64,000 nucleotides of DNA. Source: Massalongia carnosa (taxonomy: Eukaryota). The notes below the pieces were generated by a model. The model saw nothing but the letters and a program-made list of their open reading frames with translations. It was not told the origin of the DNA and made no database searches. Position numbers and translations under genes: made by a program. The first letter of the stretch is position 1, and the number at the start of each line of letters is the position of its first letter. The stretch lies in NCBI GenBank assembly GCA_965645245.1, contig OZ287070.1, forward strand, positions 2,294,001-2,358,000, read 5' to 3'. Positions 9,436-23,197 of the stretch are shown piece after piece.

Positions 9436-11650
9436 GGTAATTGGAAGAAAGATAGGCATACGATGGACTTATAGTAGCCGCTAAAATATAAGTCAAACTA
9501 AGGTGGTGATGGTGGATTGTGGAAGCTTTGGTTACCGTAGGCGCTTATGATCACGTGGTGGTTGGTCCACGGTGTTCTCCAAAATTAGATATTTCTCGAC
9601 GATTTCGTTTGAGCGACTATCTCGAGGCGTTGAAATTCGTAATTCGTTGGATTTAATCGGTTTGAACACTGTGAGTTAAATGGATGCGAATGTTACTTTC
9701 ACCCCAGCCGTTACGGCGAGACAAAACATCCGGGGCTTCCAAAAGCCCTTAACTTGGATACTTTCCGTACATTCTTAACTATAATGAGGCCGGAAGGGAA
9801 CCCGGCGACGGCGGCTATCATGCAAGATGTGGTCGAATTCAAGCTGGTAGGAACCTAATTAGGAACTTAATTCCAAGGTTTTAGCAGGAGCATCAACAGC
9901 TAACTCTAAACAGCGTTTATAAAAACCAGCAGACAGATATCGTGGAATACGGTCTTTGGGCGTCGAAGAGTGGAGCAAGACATATAGCAGTGGTACAAGT
10001 GAGTGAGTAGAGCGCCATCAATCCAAGGGCCGGCGGAAGGATATAAGCAACCGAGAAGATTATTGTAGCTGCTCAGATTTCCCAAAAATAAAAATAATAA
10101 CGAACCATACAAACCTTTATCTTTGAAGTCCTAACACTCAGCGTTTCACGATTCAGCGCTCAGAAATATATAGCAGCAACGCACCGAAATTTGGAACAGT
10201 TTCCATATTCTAATCTCCACGGAGACTTGTAACTGAGAGCTTCTTCGGCGCTGCTTTATACTAAATCTGCCTTGACCGTGTGTTAACAACTCTAGAAATA
10301 AGAGAGCGCTACATAAGGGATTGTGACTGAACTTTGAAATGCATTTTATAGTTTTATACCATGCAGAGACCCACATCTGAAATTCTCCTACTGCTGGGTA
10401 ATTGAGTTTCACTCCTCGAAGCACCGAGTACTAGCAGTGGTAAACCATAAGGAGGACGGTGATTGGTTTTTTCCCAATCATCCATCAGTGCAAGACCCGG
10501 GTGGACTTGTATCAAAATCTTCGACGCTGATCAAGACAGACTGATCAATCGCTGCACATTCTAGTGGCAAAGGTAAAACAAAATATCAAAGGCAGCGTCC
10601 TGAAGATGATGCAGACTAACTATATCAACTCAAGCCCTTCACCTTTCCGCAGTTTCATATCGGTCTAGTCAACTGGTTTCAGTCAGTGAAATTTAAGCGC
10701 TCTGATGTAGCGATTATTGAAACCGTAAATAAGATAGCTCTGCTGTCTCCAATAAGTAGAGGAGTGTACGCATATATACAATCAGCCTCAAAGAGCAAAA
10801 GAGGCACTGCACACCAAAGTAATGGCACAGGGAGCACTGTAATTCGACAGACAAGCGCTCATAGAAAACAAACTCAATGTTCAAAGTGTTACAAAGTTGT
10901 AAAGAGACATTGAAAAGACGAAGGACTGGACGTTAAATCATGATTAAACGCTATAACTAAGCGCCCGGCAAAACGTGAGACCGTAATGCGGCTCTTAATC
11001 CATATCGTCATTGCCTTTTATATCAGTCACCAGTCGCCAGTCGCTCAGTCGAACACGGACCTCTATCAGAGTAAGTTCTTTGCTCTTTCCTTGCATTGCA
11101 GCCTTTTATGCGTGCAAGGACATTGATGAGTGCTCCTTCCCTTGGCTGAACTAGTGGTGTTGGCTCTGGCTTGCCATCGCTTTGTTTTCACCGCAAGTTG
11201 CTTTGATCATGCCTTAAGGTGGGCGCAATGCGCCAAATGTGTCTTTGTACCCATAGCAAACAGGTTCGATTTCATACTCGGAATTTATCGTAACTGCCCA
11301 TTGGCTATCTTAAGCACGGTGTATAGGGGCAAAGGTGGAGGGCAAGCCCGCTTTGACTCTGCCTAGCTTACCCTTCCAAGACGCTTCGCTCTCAGTATTG
11401 GCTGAACGGAAAGTTCGAACTGACAGATTCACTTGCAGGAGTCTAAGCCCTACTCAGAGTGCCGAGAAAATATGTCAGCTTGTTTGCGGTCCCATGCAGA
11501 ATCGCAAATATAGGGCCGGAAGGTTCTCTTTCGATCAAGACCGCAAACGAAATACGCAAACCTACCATTCTAGCTCTCAGCCTCCTCAGTCTCCACTTCG
11601 AATTTTTTCTTTTATACTCTCAAACGACTGCAAATAATCCTTCCCAAACA

Positions 11651-12623
11651 ATGATGGAGAATAAAGAAGTAGTCGAAAAGTCCAAGGCATTGCAAAAAGC
11701 TACAGCAGCTGGCGAATCCCATACCTCTATCCTCGATATCCTCAATGAGCTAAAAATCGGCGTCATTCCCTCGGAAGATCTTCTACGTCAAACTAAAATC
11801 GGCGTGGTAGTGAACCGCTCCAAACAACACAAGAACCCTGAAGTCGCCCGCCTTGCCAGCGAAATAGTCAAAAAATGGCGTGACGACATCCATAAGCAAA
11901 AAGGCAACGTATTGGCCGGCGCCAACAAAAAGCTCTCAGCAACCCCTCCAGCATCCGGCGCATCTCCTGCTCCAGCCGCCGAAAAAACCAAAAATTTTGT
12001 ACCGCCTGAACAACGCAACTTTAAAAAAGATCAGGTAGACATCTCTCGCACCAATCAAGCTACGCGCGACAGCTGCATTGGTCTCATGTACAATGGACTC
12101 TGCTTCCTCTCGACAGCCTCCTCGTCCGCGATTATTCACCGCGCCACCCTAGTTGAAGAAGCCGCTTATAAGGCCCTCGGCCCGGAGACATCAGAAACTT
12201 ACAAAGCGAAAATGCGCTCTCTGTTCCAAAACCTTAAGAATAAGTCCAACGGCGCCCTGCGCGCGCGCGTGTTCTCGGGGGAAATCACGCCGGAACGCTT
12301 TGTCGTGATGACTCATGAGGAGCTGAAGAGCGCAGAGCGCCGCGCCGAGGACGAGAAGCTGGCCACTGAGAACATGCGCGAGGCGATGGTACCGCAGGCC
12401 GAGCGCAGCATCAGCACGAGTCTCACGTGTGGGAAGTGCGGGCAGCGCAAAGTCAGCTATAGCCAGGCGCAGACCCGGAGCGCGGACGAGCCGATGACGA
12501 CATTTTGCGAGTGCACGGTTTGCGGCAAACGCTGGAAGGTGGGTCTCTACGGATTTTTCCATTTTTTATGGATGCTGGAGGCATTAAGGCTGACCGGTAA
12601 CTTTTTCCCTTTAGTTCTCTTGA
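11651..12623 (+). CDS. DST1: Transcription elongation factor TFIIS (intron 12539-12614)
   Basis: N-terminal domain I (LRQTKIGVVVN..KKW), central domain, C-terminal Zn ribbon CGKCG..QAQTRSADEPMTTFCECTVCGKRWK|FS*. Confidence 0.95.
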
Positions 12624-13221
12624 GACCCTGATCGATTCAGCATACTGGATATTCCATTACTTTCACCCATACGACAGATATTTTACAGGGTATTGAGAAA
12701 CCGGCTCTTCTCACGTGTAGTTACGGTGGAAGGCCGTTTCATAGCCTAACTTGAGCGTCGGATATCCCTATCGTTTATTGATCCCTATCAATAGGAGCGA
12801 TTTGCATGCAAGACAGGAGCAGTTGGAGGTAAAAGGGCTGAGAGTCTTCTTTGTAAATGAAGGAGGGAATCCCGTTGGCGTACCCTTCTATCTATTGCAA
12901 CAACGTTTCCTTTGACGGCAGCTGAACATATGACTAAATGATACAAAGAACTGTCCATTCGACGCCACAGGTAAGCCTAGCCCTTAACGGGAACAGGTAT
13001 GACATAACCATTTCCCCTTTTTGCGCCGGAAATCATCTGTCAAGTCTCCCCCCCCCGATTTCGTTAAACTCCTAGAACGCCTACCTTCTGCACGGGACAG
13101 GCTGTGAGGGTTGCCAAGCTTATCCATAACGCCGTCGGTGGTGATAAGTTTTTCCCGTTTCCACTATGCACCTAATTTCCCCCCATGCTCGATCTTTGCG
13201 GCTATAGCGCCTGAAAGCCGC

Positions 13222-16200
13222 TCATCCACTTCCTTCACCTCCAACACTTTCGCCACCAACACCAGTACCACCGCCCCTAAACTTCAACTTTATAGTCAAC
13301 TTTGGCTTTGTTACTCCTGCTACTCCATTCGGCCCCGCTCCTCCACTAACATGTGAACTCGCCGCCGCCGCTAATGACGAGGATGACGAGGTAGCGCTCA
13401 CAGAAGGTTTCTTCGGCGGTTTCAGTAGCGGCCGTGGGAACGGAGGAGGATGCATCGTGGTGGTGGAAGCGGGGTTGGAGCTCTGGTGGCTGCTAGCGGT
13501 GCAGTCGGAGCGGCGGGACGGAAGCGGTTGGTTTGGAGGGTGCAGTTGAAGCTTTAGCTTCTGGGAGGGAGGATGCACGGTTGCGATGAGTCGAGGGCGG
13601 GGTGGTAGGGGATTAGTGCGAATGCGGGAAGTTTGGGAAAAGAAGAGGGTCGCCTTTTTTGAATCGATTGTTAGCATAGAGTATGACGAGCGTAAGGACG
13701 GAAAGGAGGAGAAAATATAGAGTAGAGAACATACCTTCCCAATTTTTGTACATTTCCAGTATCGCGGATACTTTAAAACAACAATCATGCTCGACTCAGG
13801 CGCATATAGCAATTCACATAGATCAAGCAGCTCGCCCAGTTCCTTTAGGCTGATTTCCGGGGAGGCGATAGCGCCCCAAAGACCTTTCTTAAGTACCTCG
13901 TTGCTGCCAATTTCTTTTTTTAATGCGAGGAGTGCTCCTACCACCGTCTGCTTTCGCGCAAGATCAGCCTGGCGTGCTTCCGTGGATGATTCTTGCTCAA
14001 TGACAAGACCATCCGCTTGAGCAGCTGCTAGCGGTGAAGGATCAGAACTCTCGCCGATTGCAATGGCGCCTATGGTTTTGCCGAGGATGCGCAGCATACG
14101 GTCGCGGACATAAGGTGAAGGGTCTATCCCTAGGACGAAAAGAAACCAACGAAAAATCGCGTCGTTCTTCACCATGCCAACCTTCATCAGGCTACTAAAG
14201 GCGTTGATACGAAGGATGTCGGACGCTCCATCTCTCGTGTACTGCAGAAAATCGACAGGGCTGAAGGAGACGACTCCAGCTTTGATTAACAGCAGTCTGC
14301 AGTCCAGCGCCTTTGTGGAAAGGATATTGTGGTAGGACGGGATCCACTCATCGAGACGGCGATATCTGTCAATCTCGTCAAGACATCTGCTAAAGGATTG
14401 AATATCATCATCATCCTCTTCCATGTCCATGTCAAAGAGATTAGCGACTGGAGCTGGTTTCGCAGCAAGCACCTCGGCCAACGAACCCATGAGAACGGCC
14501 AGATAATGGCAGTCGGAGAACTTCAACCATTAGCCTTTAAATGATTAATATGCTATTAAAGAACCTTACTTTGTTGTTAGAATTATCATTAAATCTAAGC
14601 TTCTCTAGGAGAAACGTCCTCGTTCTTAAAGGAGCTCTGCCATTGTTATCTCGAACCTTTGCAATCGCCTGAGGAACTGCACATTGAATGTAGTAAGCCG
14701 TTCTGTCGGAAAAATCATTGGATCGGGTCATGGACGAGTCGGTGAAGCAGAAGAACTCCTGAAAGGCTTTCTCGAGATGGAACAAGCCTATCCAGTTGAG
14801 CTCATCTTTAGCATGCTTTGTCAAAGCTGCTATTGCAGCTGTACGGATGCCATGAAAGTATCGTCGATCCATGAGGGTACGAATGAGAATCGTTGAGACC
14901 AGTGGATGCTCTCTCTGAGCTGCCATGTATTGGATAGACTGCCAATGATCAACAATGATAAGAACACGCAGTAATCAATACCTACCTCTAGTTGAGCAAC
15001 AACATCTCGATCTTGTTGTAGTTGTGACAAGTACATATACCCAGGCATCGTGATTGACATCTTGCATATCCACTCAAAGTCTGCATCCATTCGAATCCAT
15101 TCATAAGACTCCTGGCTCATCCTATCTTCATCATCTTTGCTCCAATCCACTAACCTCCAGTCTTTGATCTCTTCTTCCGACTGCAGAACATCACCCAAGC
15201 AATACAAAAGTACGTCATCGTTCCCTTCCAGAGGGAATTCAATCCCTGCAGCGACAGTCCTTTCCTTTTGCCGTCGGCTACGCTTGAGCCGCTTATACTT
15301 GGTATTATAAGGGATGTCGAATTTTGTAGTGGCTTCCTTAATTTCGATTATATGTTCGTAAGGCGTGCCATCAGCTTCATGAATACGTATCGTCATGGGA
15401 CCCTGTAACGTTAAGCAGAGGAGCAGAACAATTGATCATTTACCTACAGTGAAGACAGGTTGCACAGCGCCTGCGTAAACGCTACGTATCTCTTCTTTGA
15501 CATCTCGCATGAACGTTTCTTTCTCCAGATCTCGTTCCGCAATCTCGCTCTGAACTTGTTGAATGAGCATTTCAACTACAAGCTTCTTCTTGTTAAACCG
15601 CTGAGTAACACGAAACCGAGGGCATCCAGCTCCATACACCCACTGGGAGAAAAAAACATCCAGCTTAGCATGGCCAATTTTTTCACAGGTTTTGATGAAG
15701 AAAGCTGTGTTGATGGCCATATCCCCCACCTTGGCGGTGAGAAAGATCCTGGTTAGAATCCGGGACAATCCCGAGGACCCGCTTGTCTTGTGGAGTCTTC
15801 GATCTAGTATAAACAGAACCAAAGGGGCTTTGATTGCCATGAATTCGAGCTCGGAAGGGTCAAGAGAAATGATAGCGCCGGTATCGTATAAAGACGGGCG
15901 TGCAACGTCAAATTCTGATATACGATCTGACGCCTTCTTTTGCCGGAAACGGTATTCATTGTTACCCGACAACTTCTTCATGAAAACGTCGGTCATGAAA
16001 TATGCTATGCCAACAACCACCCAGGTATCTGATGGCTCTTTGGGAATGATGTTTATACCCATCCACTGGGATGCAAGGGCATGAACAAGCTGACGGCTGA
16101 CTTCATCTAAGGGTTCAATGATGTCCGCTGGGAAGAGTAAGCGAGTGCTGCAGATTGACAACGCGCCTGTATGAACAATATCCGATGCAAGATCGTCGAC

Positions 16201-17481
16201 AAAACATAGCTTGTAATTCGTGAATGGGTAAGACCCATAAGCCACAGTGAAAAAGTCTACAGCCTAGTCCATGTTAATATCAAAATCACACATTACTCAA
16301 GGAATATCTACCTTTGCCAAATGAAGACAGGTATTCTTGGTCTCGTCAGCCCTTCCAGGCAGACAAAAACCATGCACAGGCACCGCGTTCTGACCTAGCT
16401 TATCGTCCTCATCGCTTTCTCGAAACTCAGTTAAGTCTACATGCTCAAATGGGCCTATAGCAAACCCAATATGCTGAGCCGCTAAAGCTGTTGAGGATAC
16501 GAAGGAAGTGGTCTTCTTTGTTGGATCTAAATTATCCACCATCTAAGGAATCAGCTTGATTTCTACCCTCCCTAATGCTACGCTCACCTCGTCAGTCATA
16601 TCTCCAGTACAGACCACAGCCAAATCTAGAGCCCTATCTTCATCGCTGAAGTTGGGAAGCCCTTCTTCCATTGAACCATCGCGGCTCCCGTTTAGACTGT
16701 CTCCATTCACTTGAAGCGATGCCTTGAAAGACTCATGTGGCCTTAAAGCATCCCCGATTGTTCTGGGACACTTTATTGAAACGTCCCATGTAGAGCGCGA
16801 AGCACAATCATCGACGCAAGGAAATAAGCAGCACGCGGACCCCGGCAATAACGAATTTTTGGAATACGCATGTGGATATCGCAAGTCCCCCTGCTCCCAA
16901 CCTGCAAAGTGTATTCCGTCCCGAATTTTATGAATGACGTATTCGATACGGACTATGATGGAGCTGAATCGGGCGGTTTGGTCGTATCCCGTTTGAGGGC
17001 CTTGGGAAAGGTCTCCGACGATCCCATCGCTAGACTCGCGTTTGATACCTCCTCCGGTTTTTGTAATAGTTGTCGTGAGCGCCTCAACCGAAAAATGGTC
17101 AAGCTCTTCGATCTTGAGGCTCTTTGGAAGGTTAATAACCAGCTCCTCTTCTGGAGGATCCTTCAGCTGGCCTTCCAATTTCCGCCTGAGCATATGATAT
17201 TGATGAACCCCAGCATTCCAGGGAAGCGTGGCACGTTTGTAAGGGTCCTGATAAGGTGCGCTGGACGAAGGCCGGCCATTAACGCTGAGGTTTCTAAGCT
17301 CACATTGGCGACAGTTAAGGCGAAGGATCTTTAGATCCTTGGAATGGGGGCTTATGGTTAACTCCGTCTTGCCTTTCAGGCTGCGCGACAGGAGATCAAT
17401 GTCCAGCTCGACCTTCTGATGCAATACCGAGAATCCTAGGCCAGGAGCTGGCGGGCTTAGAACATCGATTAACCCGACCAT
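13222..17481 (-). CDS. TAF2: TFIID subunit 2 (aminopeptidase-like fold), multi-exon
   Basis: Successive exons with HQKVELDID, FPCVDD, LVHALASQWMG, GNNEYRF, FNKKKLVVEM, TIRIHEADGTPYEHI, WIRMDADFEW, QLQQDRDVVAQLE and RSNDFSD. Confidence 0.95.
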
Positions 17482-17672
17482 ACCGCCTTATTTTTCCTGG
17501 CAGTTGAAAGTTTTATCTCGCAAAATGCTTTGCAAGATTGATCTCGCTTTGGCGCGGCAACGCATCATTTTGAATTTAGCTCCTCCAATAATATTGAAAG
17601 GCAAGTGTTGTAGCCGAGGTTTTGTATTACTGATGGTGACCGCTCTAAGCAAGGCTTAGTTAGGTCATTCGA

Positions 17673-17708
17673 ATTCAAGTGTTAATGTGGATTCAAGTGT
17701 TAATGTGG
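17673..17708. repeat. Perfect 18-bp tandem duplication attcaagtgttaatgtgg x2
   Basis: Read directly in the TAF2 upstream region. Confidence 0.85.
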
Positions 17709-17968
17709 TCAGGTTGAAGTATGGAGTGAATCTAAATTATACTCGCTTAAGGTATGTATCGCGAGGCAATACACAGGACCTCAGTTGCCGCTAGACATAC
17801 TGACGATGTTGGACATCTTCCACGTGAAACGACTCAGGCGCGAATAACCCGGTAATGGCATTTAACATGATTTTATTTGCTGTTCTATTGTACAAAGAAT
17901 CCCCTAAACGTGCTTCCTCCACCGTATATGCATGAATCACCGAGTGAAGCACTTTCAAATCGGTACTC

Positions 17969-19484
17969 TCAATAGTCCTTGCTTTCCCTCCGCGCCCTCC
18001 GACGGCTTCTAGCGCTTGCTGCAATAGCATCTTGACTCAGCATGTCGGAAGGCAACCTGAAGACTTTCTCCAAGACATTAGGCAGAGGCTGCCCAAATGC
18101 AAATCTAGTTCTCCCGCGCCGATGTTTGCCTATAGCTGCATCACGAAGATAAGGTTTAGCATAAAACGAAGTGAACGGTTTCTCCACAGGTAATGATGGC
18201 ATCATTGCCTTCCCATGTTTTTTCCTGCTTGCCCCAACCTGTGTTCCCTCAGCAGAGTTGGCTTCTTGATGTAACTGCCTTGCCGCCCATGCATCCACAT
18301 CGCTGTAGTTGGGAGGATCACCGTTGCTCGCGTCATATTCGGATTCGCTTTCGTCTTCACCTTCAGCCTGTAAGTTCTGCTCTTTCTCCACTTTCCTCCG
18401 CTTCTCCTCTTCTTTCCAGGCTTTGAATTTGTCAATGAGAGTAGTTACTTCATGAATGAAATAATCCCGTTTGGGCTCAAACGCTCTCTTCTCCGAATCC
18501 GTTATCCCACTAATCCCCATAACCCTCAACCAGTCATGGCCCTTGAGGCCATCCAGCAGTCTCTCAAGCTGAACCTTTTCGTGCTGAGCTCTTTCCTTCT
18601 CGATATTACGGAGCTGTTTTTCTTGCCGCTCGGCGCGACGGTGAGCCTTGAAGTACATCGCGTCCGCAAGAGCATTTTCAGCGTCGCTTCCAGCATGACG
18701 ACCAATTGATGAAAAATCTATCCGCTGCGCATTGTTGAGGCTCTCGGAATCATTATTTGGTCGCTCCGGTGGTCTTCCGTATCCATTTAATACTGGAGAT
18801 TGAAGATTGGTAGGACTTCGTGTTCTAGGAACGACGTTTTTGATGGGTGTTGAGGGTGGTAGGCTTGTAGGTTTAGCGGGCTCTTCAACAATGTAAATCT
18901 GGGTGTCTGTGGTCAGAAAATCTATGTATTGTTAATATTTGTCATAATTAGGCGTCAAGTAACAATATCATACCAGGATCCTTGGCCTCTATGCTCACGA
19001 GTTCATCATAGTTTAGAAAATACAATGCAAGCTCGCTTTTCGATCGTGAACCCCCATCGTGAGACCGGAGGCTTCTTTTGTCAGTCCTACTTGGAATCAC
19101 AATGTTGCCAGAGGCGGCATCGTTCACTTCGGGTGTTGAGTCTTTGGTGATGATCGTGGATGTGAGTTCTGTGACGTGTTGTTGTACATGTCGTGGTTTT
19201 CGAGAACCATCTAGTTGAGCAACAAAATGTTTCGCAACATTTCTTGCCAGGGTTTCCTTTGCCTCGCATTTTGGATCGCCGGCTTTGGTACGAAAACATT
19301 TTTGTACGTGAACCTTCTGCTTCTTCAACGGCTGTGCATGATGGTCAACTGAATATAAGCCGCGCGCACGCTTCCCACGGTAGTTGGAATGTGAGGGATT
19401 GTGTTGGATGTCGGTCGCAGGCAGATCGTCGAGGCCCCCACTACGAGACGATGAACGGAGGGATGGCCTTGAAAAGGCGGCCAT
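17969..19484 (-). CDS. SAS4: SAS acetyltransferase complex subunit Sas4-like (intron ~18923-18976)
   Basis: RSLRSHDGGSRSKSELALYF in exon 1; YFKAHRRAERQEKQLRNIEKERAQHEKVQLERLL..W..GI in exon 2. Confidence 0.85.
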
Positions 19485-20106
19485 TATAGTTTTGAGGACT
19501 GATTACCATCTTTTACCATGTAACCTCGATCGTCATTCAATGCAAAGACTCCAATGCGGCAACAGAATAAGAGTACTTAGGATGTCTAAATTTCGAAGTG
19601 GCTTCTCTTCCTCAAGCGAACTACGGAGTACATGCCGAGACCACCACGAAAGCCCCTCTCTCAGGGGTACCTTTGAAAGCAGTTACGACTGACGAGGAAT
19701 AGAAATTTCCCGTGTACTGTACACATACTGAATGCACTCGGTAGATATTTAATAATAGATACTGCGTACAATGGAGCTGGATGAATCCTGATGGCGTTTG
19801 ACAGGGCTTTGAATCAATTTTTTTTTTCTCCAACCTCATGAGTATGTATCCTCCGAATGTCATCGTGTATGTACAGATTACAGAGCGATGCCCCAATATC
19901 TAGAACCTTAACATGTGTCATTCCCCTCGTATTGGGAAGGTCTTTCTACGGTTTTCGCGGATCTTGCTATTTCGTGTTCAAGTTAATGTAAAGTATAGTT
20001 AATTCTCGTCTCGCTAAGATAACTCCAATGAACTTTGGGTTTTATTGGTAGAGAGTACACAAAAGGACAAAACCCCTCATGATATTCCCACAGAAACCTG
20101 TTGTTA

Positions 20107-20859
20107 TCAACCGAGAATAAAGGCTTTTAGGATCGGTGCAGAAGAAAATTCCGGGTTTAGCAGCACACAGCTGTAAACAGTCAGTACCTACGCATCTAGC
20201 ACAACAGGGAGAGTAAGACTTCATAAAGTACGCAAGCCCGGCTCTCCTCTTTTCCAAAAACTCTGGACGAAACCTTTCTACTGTGGATTAGCATCTAGTA
20301 CATCAGGTATGAACTAAATACGGAACTACCTACGGAATATGCTCTTTGGAGGCAATGGGGGCATTGCAGCCCCAGCGTTCGGAAAAGTAACTGCTAGCTT
20401 TCTGCGTAGGTCTTGGAACTCGGAATATCTAACAGAGATGAGGTAAAATAAATTGATAAACAAAGACGAAGAATCACCTCTTTCTAATAACTATTGATCC
20501 CCCCTAAATCAAGATTTAGCCAAGAAATAGAGTAAAATCGACAATAGACCAACATCAAGCGTCCCAATTTTGCAGCTCCACACAATATAATTTCCAACAG
20601 AAGCTAAGTTTCCTGAAACGACGATATAATCTTCCAAAACAACTTTTTTCGCCCACAAGGGACTCCTACACTGCGGCTCATCATCTGTATGATCTTCTAA
20701 AACGATAGGGGGAGGTCGAATAATGTCAACGGAAGCGTAGGATTCATGCCGTTGATGTTGCCAGTAGGGAGGAACGATAGCGAGAGAATCACCTCCATGG
20801 ACCTCTTTGCTGGTATCATCTGGAGCGAGTGGCTGGGCTTCGTGACACTCAGGATCCAT
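20107..20859 (-). CDS. PX-domain endosomal protein (Ypt35-like), multi-exon
   Basis: Spliced LWAKKVVLEDY..YIVWSC|GGSIVIRK|RYSEFQDLR..FP..MPPLPPKS|RFRPEFLEKRRAGLAYF|CVLLNPEFSSAPILKAF. Confidence 0.85.
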
Positions 20860-21488
20860 CCATGAGATAGACCGCTTTGCTTCAGCCCTCTATTGCATGA
20901 GCACCCGTCGTGAATTCAAATATGAAGCTATAGTTTCGCCACCACTACCGTAATCGTCACGGTGGCTAACTAGGTGTAGAAGGAGCAAATGACGATGATT
21001 AGACGCTTCGGGCTAGCTCAAGCACTTGCGCTGCCAAGACAATAAATCAGCTATTCAGAGAAAGAGATCGACATTTGATGAGTCTCGGCCCGAGAAGCTC
21101 AAGCAGGGATCTGATGATGTCGAGGTAACCCAACCTTTACACTCCTATCACTTTTTCGTGGATTTTCCGCATCTCATCACTCTTCTTTTCCGTATCTTCG
21201 CTGCAACACACTCTGCTGCCATCATCATACACTCGCTCATCCCAATTTCTTCACATTCGTTCTGACCAAGAGTGCTATACATTCAAATTTAGTTGTCGTG
21301 ACGAAAAGTATAAATCCTCTCCTCGATGTACCTATGCTCACGTATTTGTACACTACCTTGCATACTGACGTTTACCCTGGTACTCCAAAACTCTCTTCAC
21401 CAAGCCCCCTTTTCATAATTGTTTGGAGAGAAAACTAATATATGGTGACAAGCCTATCCAGAATCTTTACTATTGACAACCGTTCAAG

Positions 21489-22225
21489 ATGTATCCGTCT
21501 ACTGTTTTTACAGTATTGATCCTCGCTGCTTCCTTTAAGCTTGGTGGTACTCAGACTATCGATCCATCAACCGTCGATCAAACTACAAGAAGTGTGTACA
21601 TTCGAAATTACATAAAATGTAGGCTAATATCTCATGATTAGCGAAATGGTGTGATAATCAGAAAAGTGCTTGCCCTCTTCTTTGCTTGCAAATTCCTGGT
21701 GCATCGGACGCAACAGAGGATAACAGATGTGATGACGTGAGTAATCCTAGATCCCCCCACTTTGCGGTATGTTATTGATCAAACGTATAGAAAACTCTGG
21801 TATTCTCTTGCATCTGTGACAATGGTCAATCGCCCAACGCCTCCGAGTACTCTCAAACGATCCCATATTTTGAATGCACAGAGTTCGGCAATCAATGCGT
21901 AAAGGCCTGCAATGGTGATTCGGCCTGCCAATCAGCTTGCCGTTCAGACCATCCGTGTGGTGCTCAATCTCCTACAAGAGTGAACACATCAACTATTACA
22001 AGCAGCACTCATACCCCAACTTCAACAAATAAACCCTCTGCAACTACTACTACCACTGGAGGCTCAGCGGTCTATACCGGCTTTGGAGGGGGTTCGACAT
22101 CCAGCCCGTCAAGCGGGAAGAAGAATACGAGCAGTGCTCAAGCTCTTGCTATCGGCTTTGGTCGCACATATGGTCTTGCTCTTGTTCTTGCTGCGGTTTG
22201 TGGTGGCGTGGTGATATTGTTGTGA
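21489..22225 (+). CDS. Secreted Cys-rich, Ser/Thr-rich, probably GPI-anchored protein (2 introns)
   Basis: Signal peptide MYPSTVFTVLILAAS; WCDNQKSACPLLC; CICDNGQSPNASEYSQTIPYFEC; Thr-rich stalk; hydrophobic C-terminus. Confidence 0.85.
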
Positions 22226-22957
22226 TTTTGAAATGTCTTTCCGTCAACGAAAACTTCACTGCCATTTTCCTTCGCAACCTAATTGATTTGTGCTGGCCAA
22301 AATACCAATAGCGGGTCGATATTTCAGCATGCAGCCATTCTTTTATTGGTTTCGGCAGCTGAAGCATAGCGTTGCGAATATACAATCCCTTGCTAATAAA
22401 GTAGTCGAAAATGCTTCAGCTGCTCCAACAAGCGCATCGACTCGGAGGACATTTGGAAGGTCAGAGCACCGTAATAGTAACAGGATGCTACTCAGATCCT
22501 TCACTCACTGTCTTTTCTGATAGCGTTTTAGCGGCATTCGTGGCTTTGGTACCCAGCAAGCGAGCTTAGAGGGAAGTGGGTTGGGTATTTTTTTGAAAGC
22601 TGCATTAATATTCCTGCGCCTAGTATTGAGCTTCAATGTGAATAGTGCCGCTGATGCGAATCAAGAGATGTAAAGCAGCCGTCCATGTTAGAAATTCGAT
22701 AATTTTTTGCTGTATTTGTGGCGATATCGCTATTCTATATTTTGGTCTGCGCTCGTCTACTCTTCATTAGACGAATGAGCAGCTTCAACCCAGTATGAGA
22801 CATACCCTGCCTAAATAGCTTCAAATTCTCCCAATTTCAAAAATGCGACTGACCTCACCTGATTGTTCGAAATTCATACAAAACACCAGGCTCTTAAAGG
22901 CTTGAGGAAACCTCTCCCTCTCCCCACGCTCACATCCCATCCACCACCAACCAAACA

Positions 22958-23197
22958 TCAGCGCCCCACAATCCTCTCTTCCCGACTTGCCCCTCCCCCG
23001 CCCAGTCGTACAACCCTCGCCTTGTCTCCAGGCAGTGGTTTCAGCTCGTCGTTGGGATCCACCACACCCCCCGCCGCAGCCTTACCGGTATTAAGATTTT
23101 TGTTCTCGGCCAGGACGGAGGCGGCACGGCGGGAATCCTCGTACGCGGCGACGTCTTCTGAGGTGAGGGTTATGACGGTAGGTTTGCGGCGGAGCAT
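22958..23197 (-). CDS. CDC26: Anaphase-promoting complex subunit Cdc26-like
   Basis: N-terminus MLRRKPTVITLTSEDVAAYE is the Cdc26 signature. Confidence 0.85.
   Translation of the reverse strand: MLRRKPTVITLTSEDVAAYEDSRRAASVLAENKNLNTGKAAAGGVVDPNDELKPLPGDKARVVRLGGGGASREERIVGR

Noticed and set aside
10686..10913. ORF ending CSKCYK, resembling a transposase zinc knuckle
   Set aside because: Motif incomplete; no TIRs or catalytic domain.
11459..11650. 64-aa N-terminal extension of TFIIS in the ORF track
   Set aside because: It starts at GTG and lacks TFIIS similarity; the ATG at 11651 has good context.
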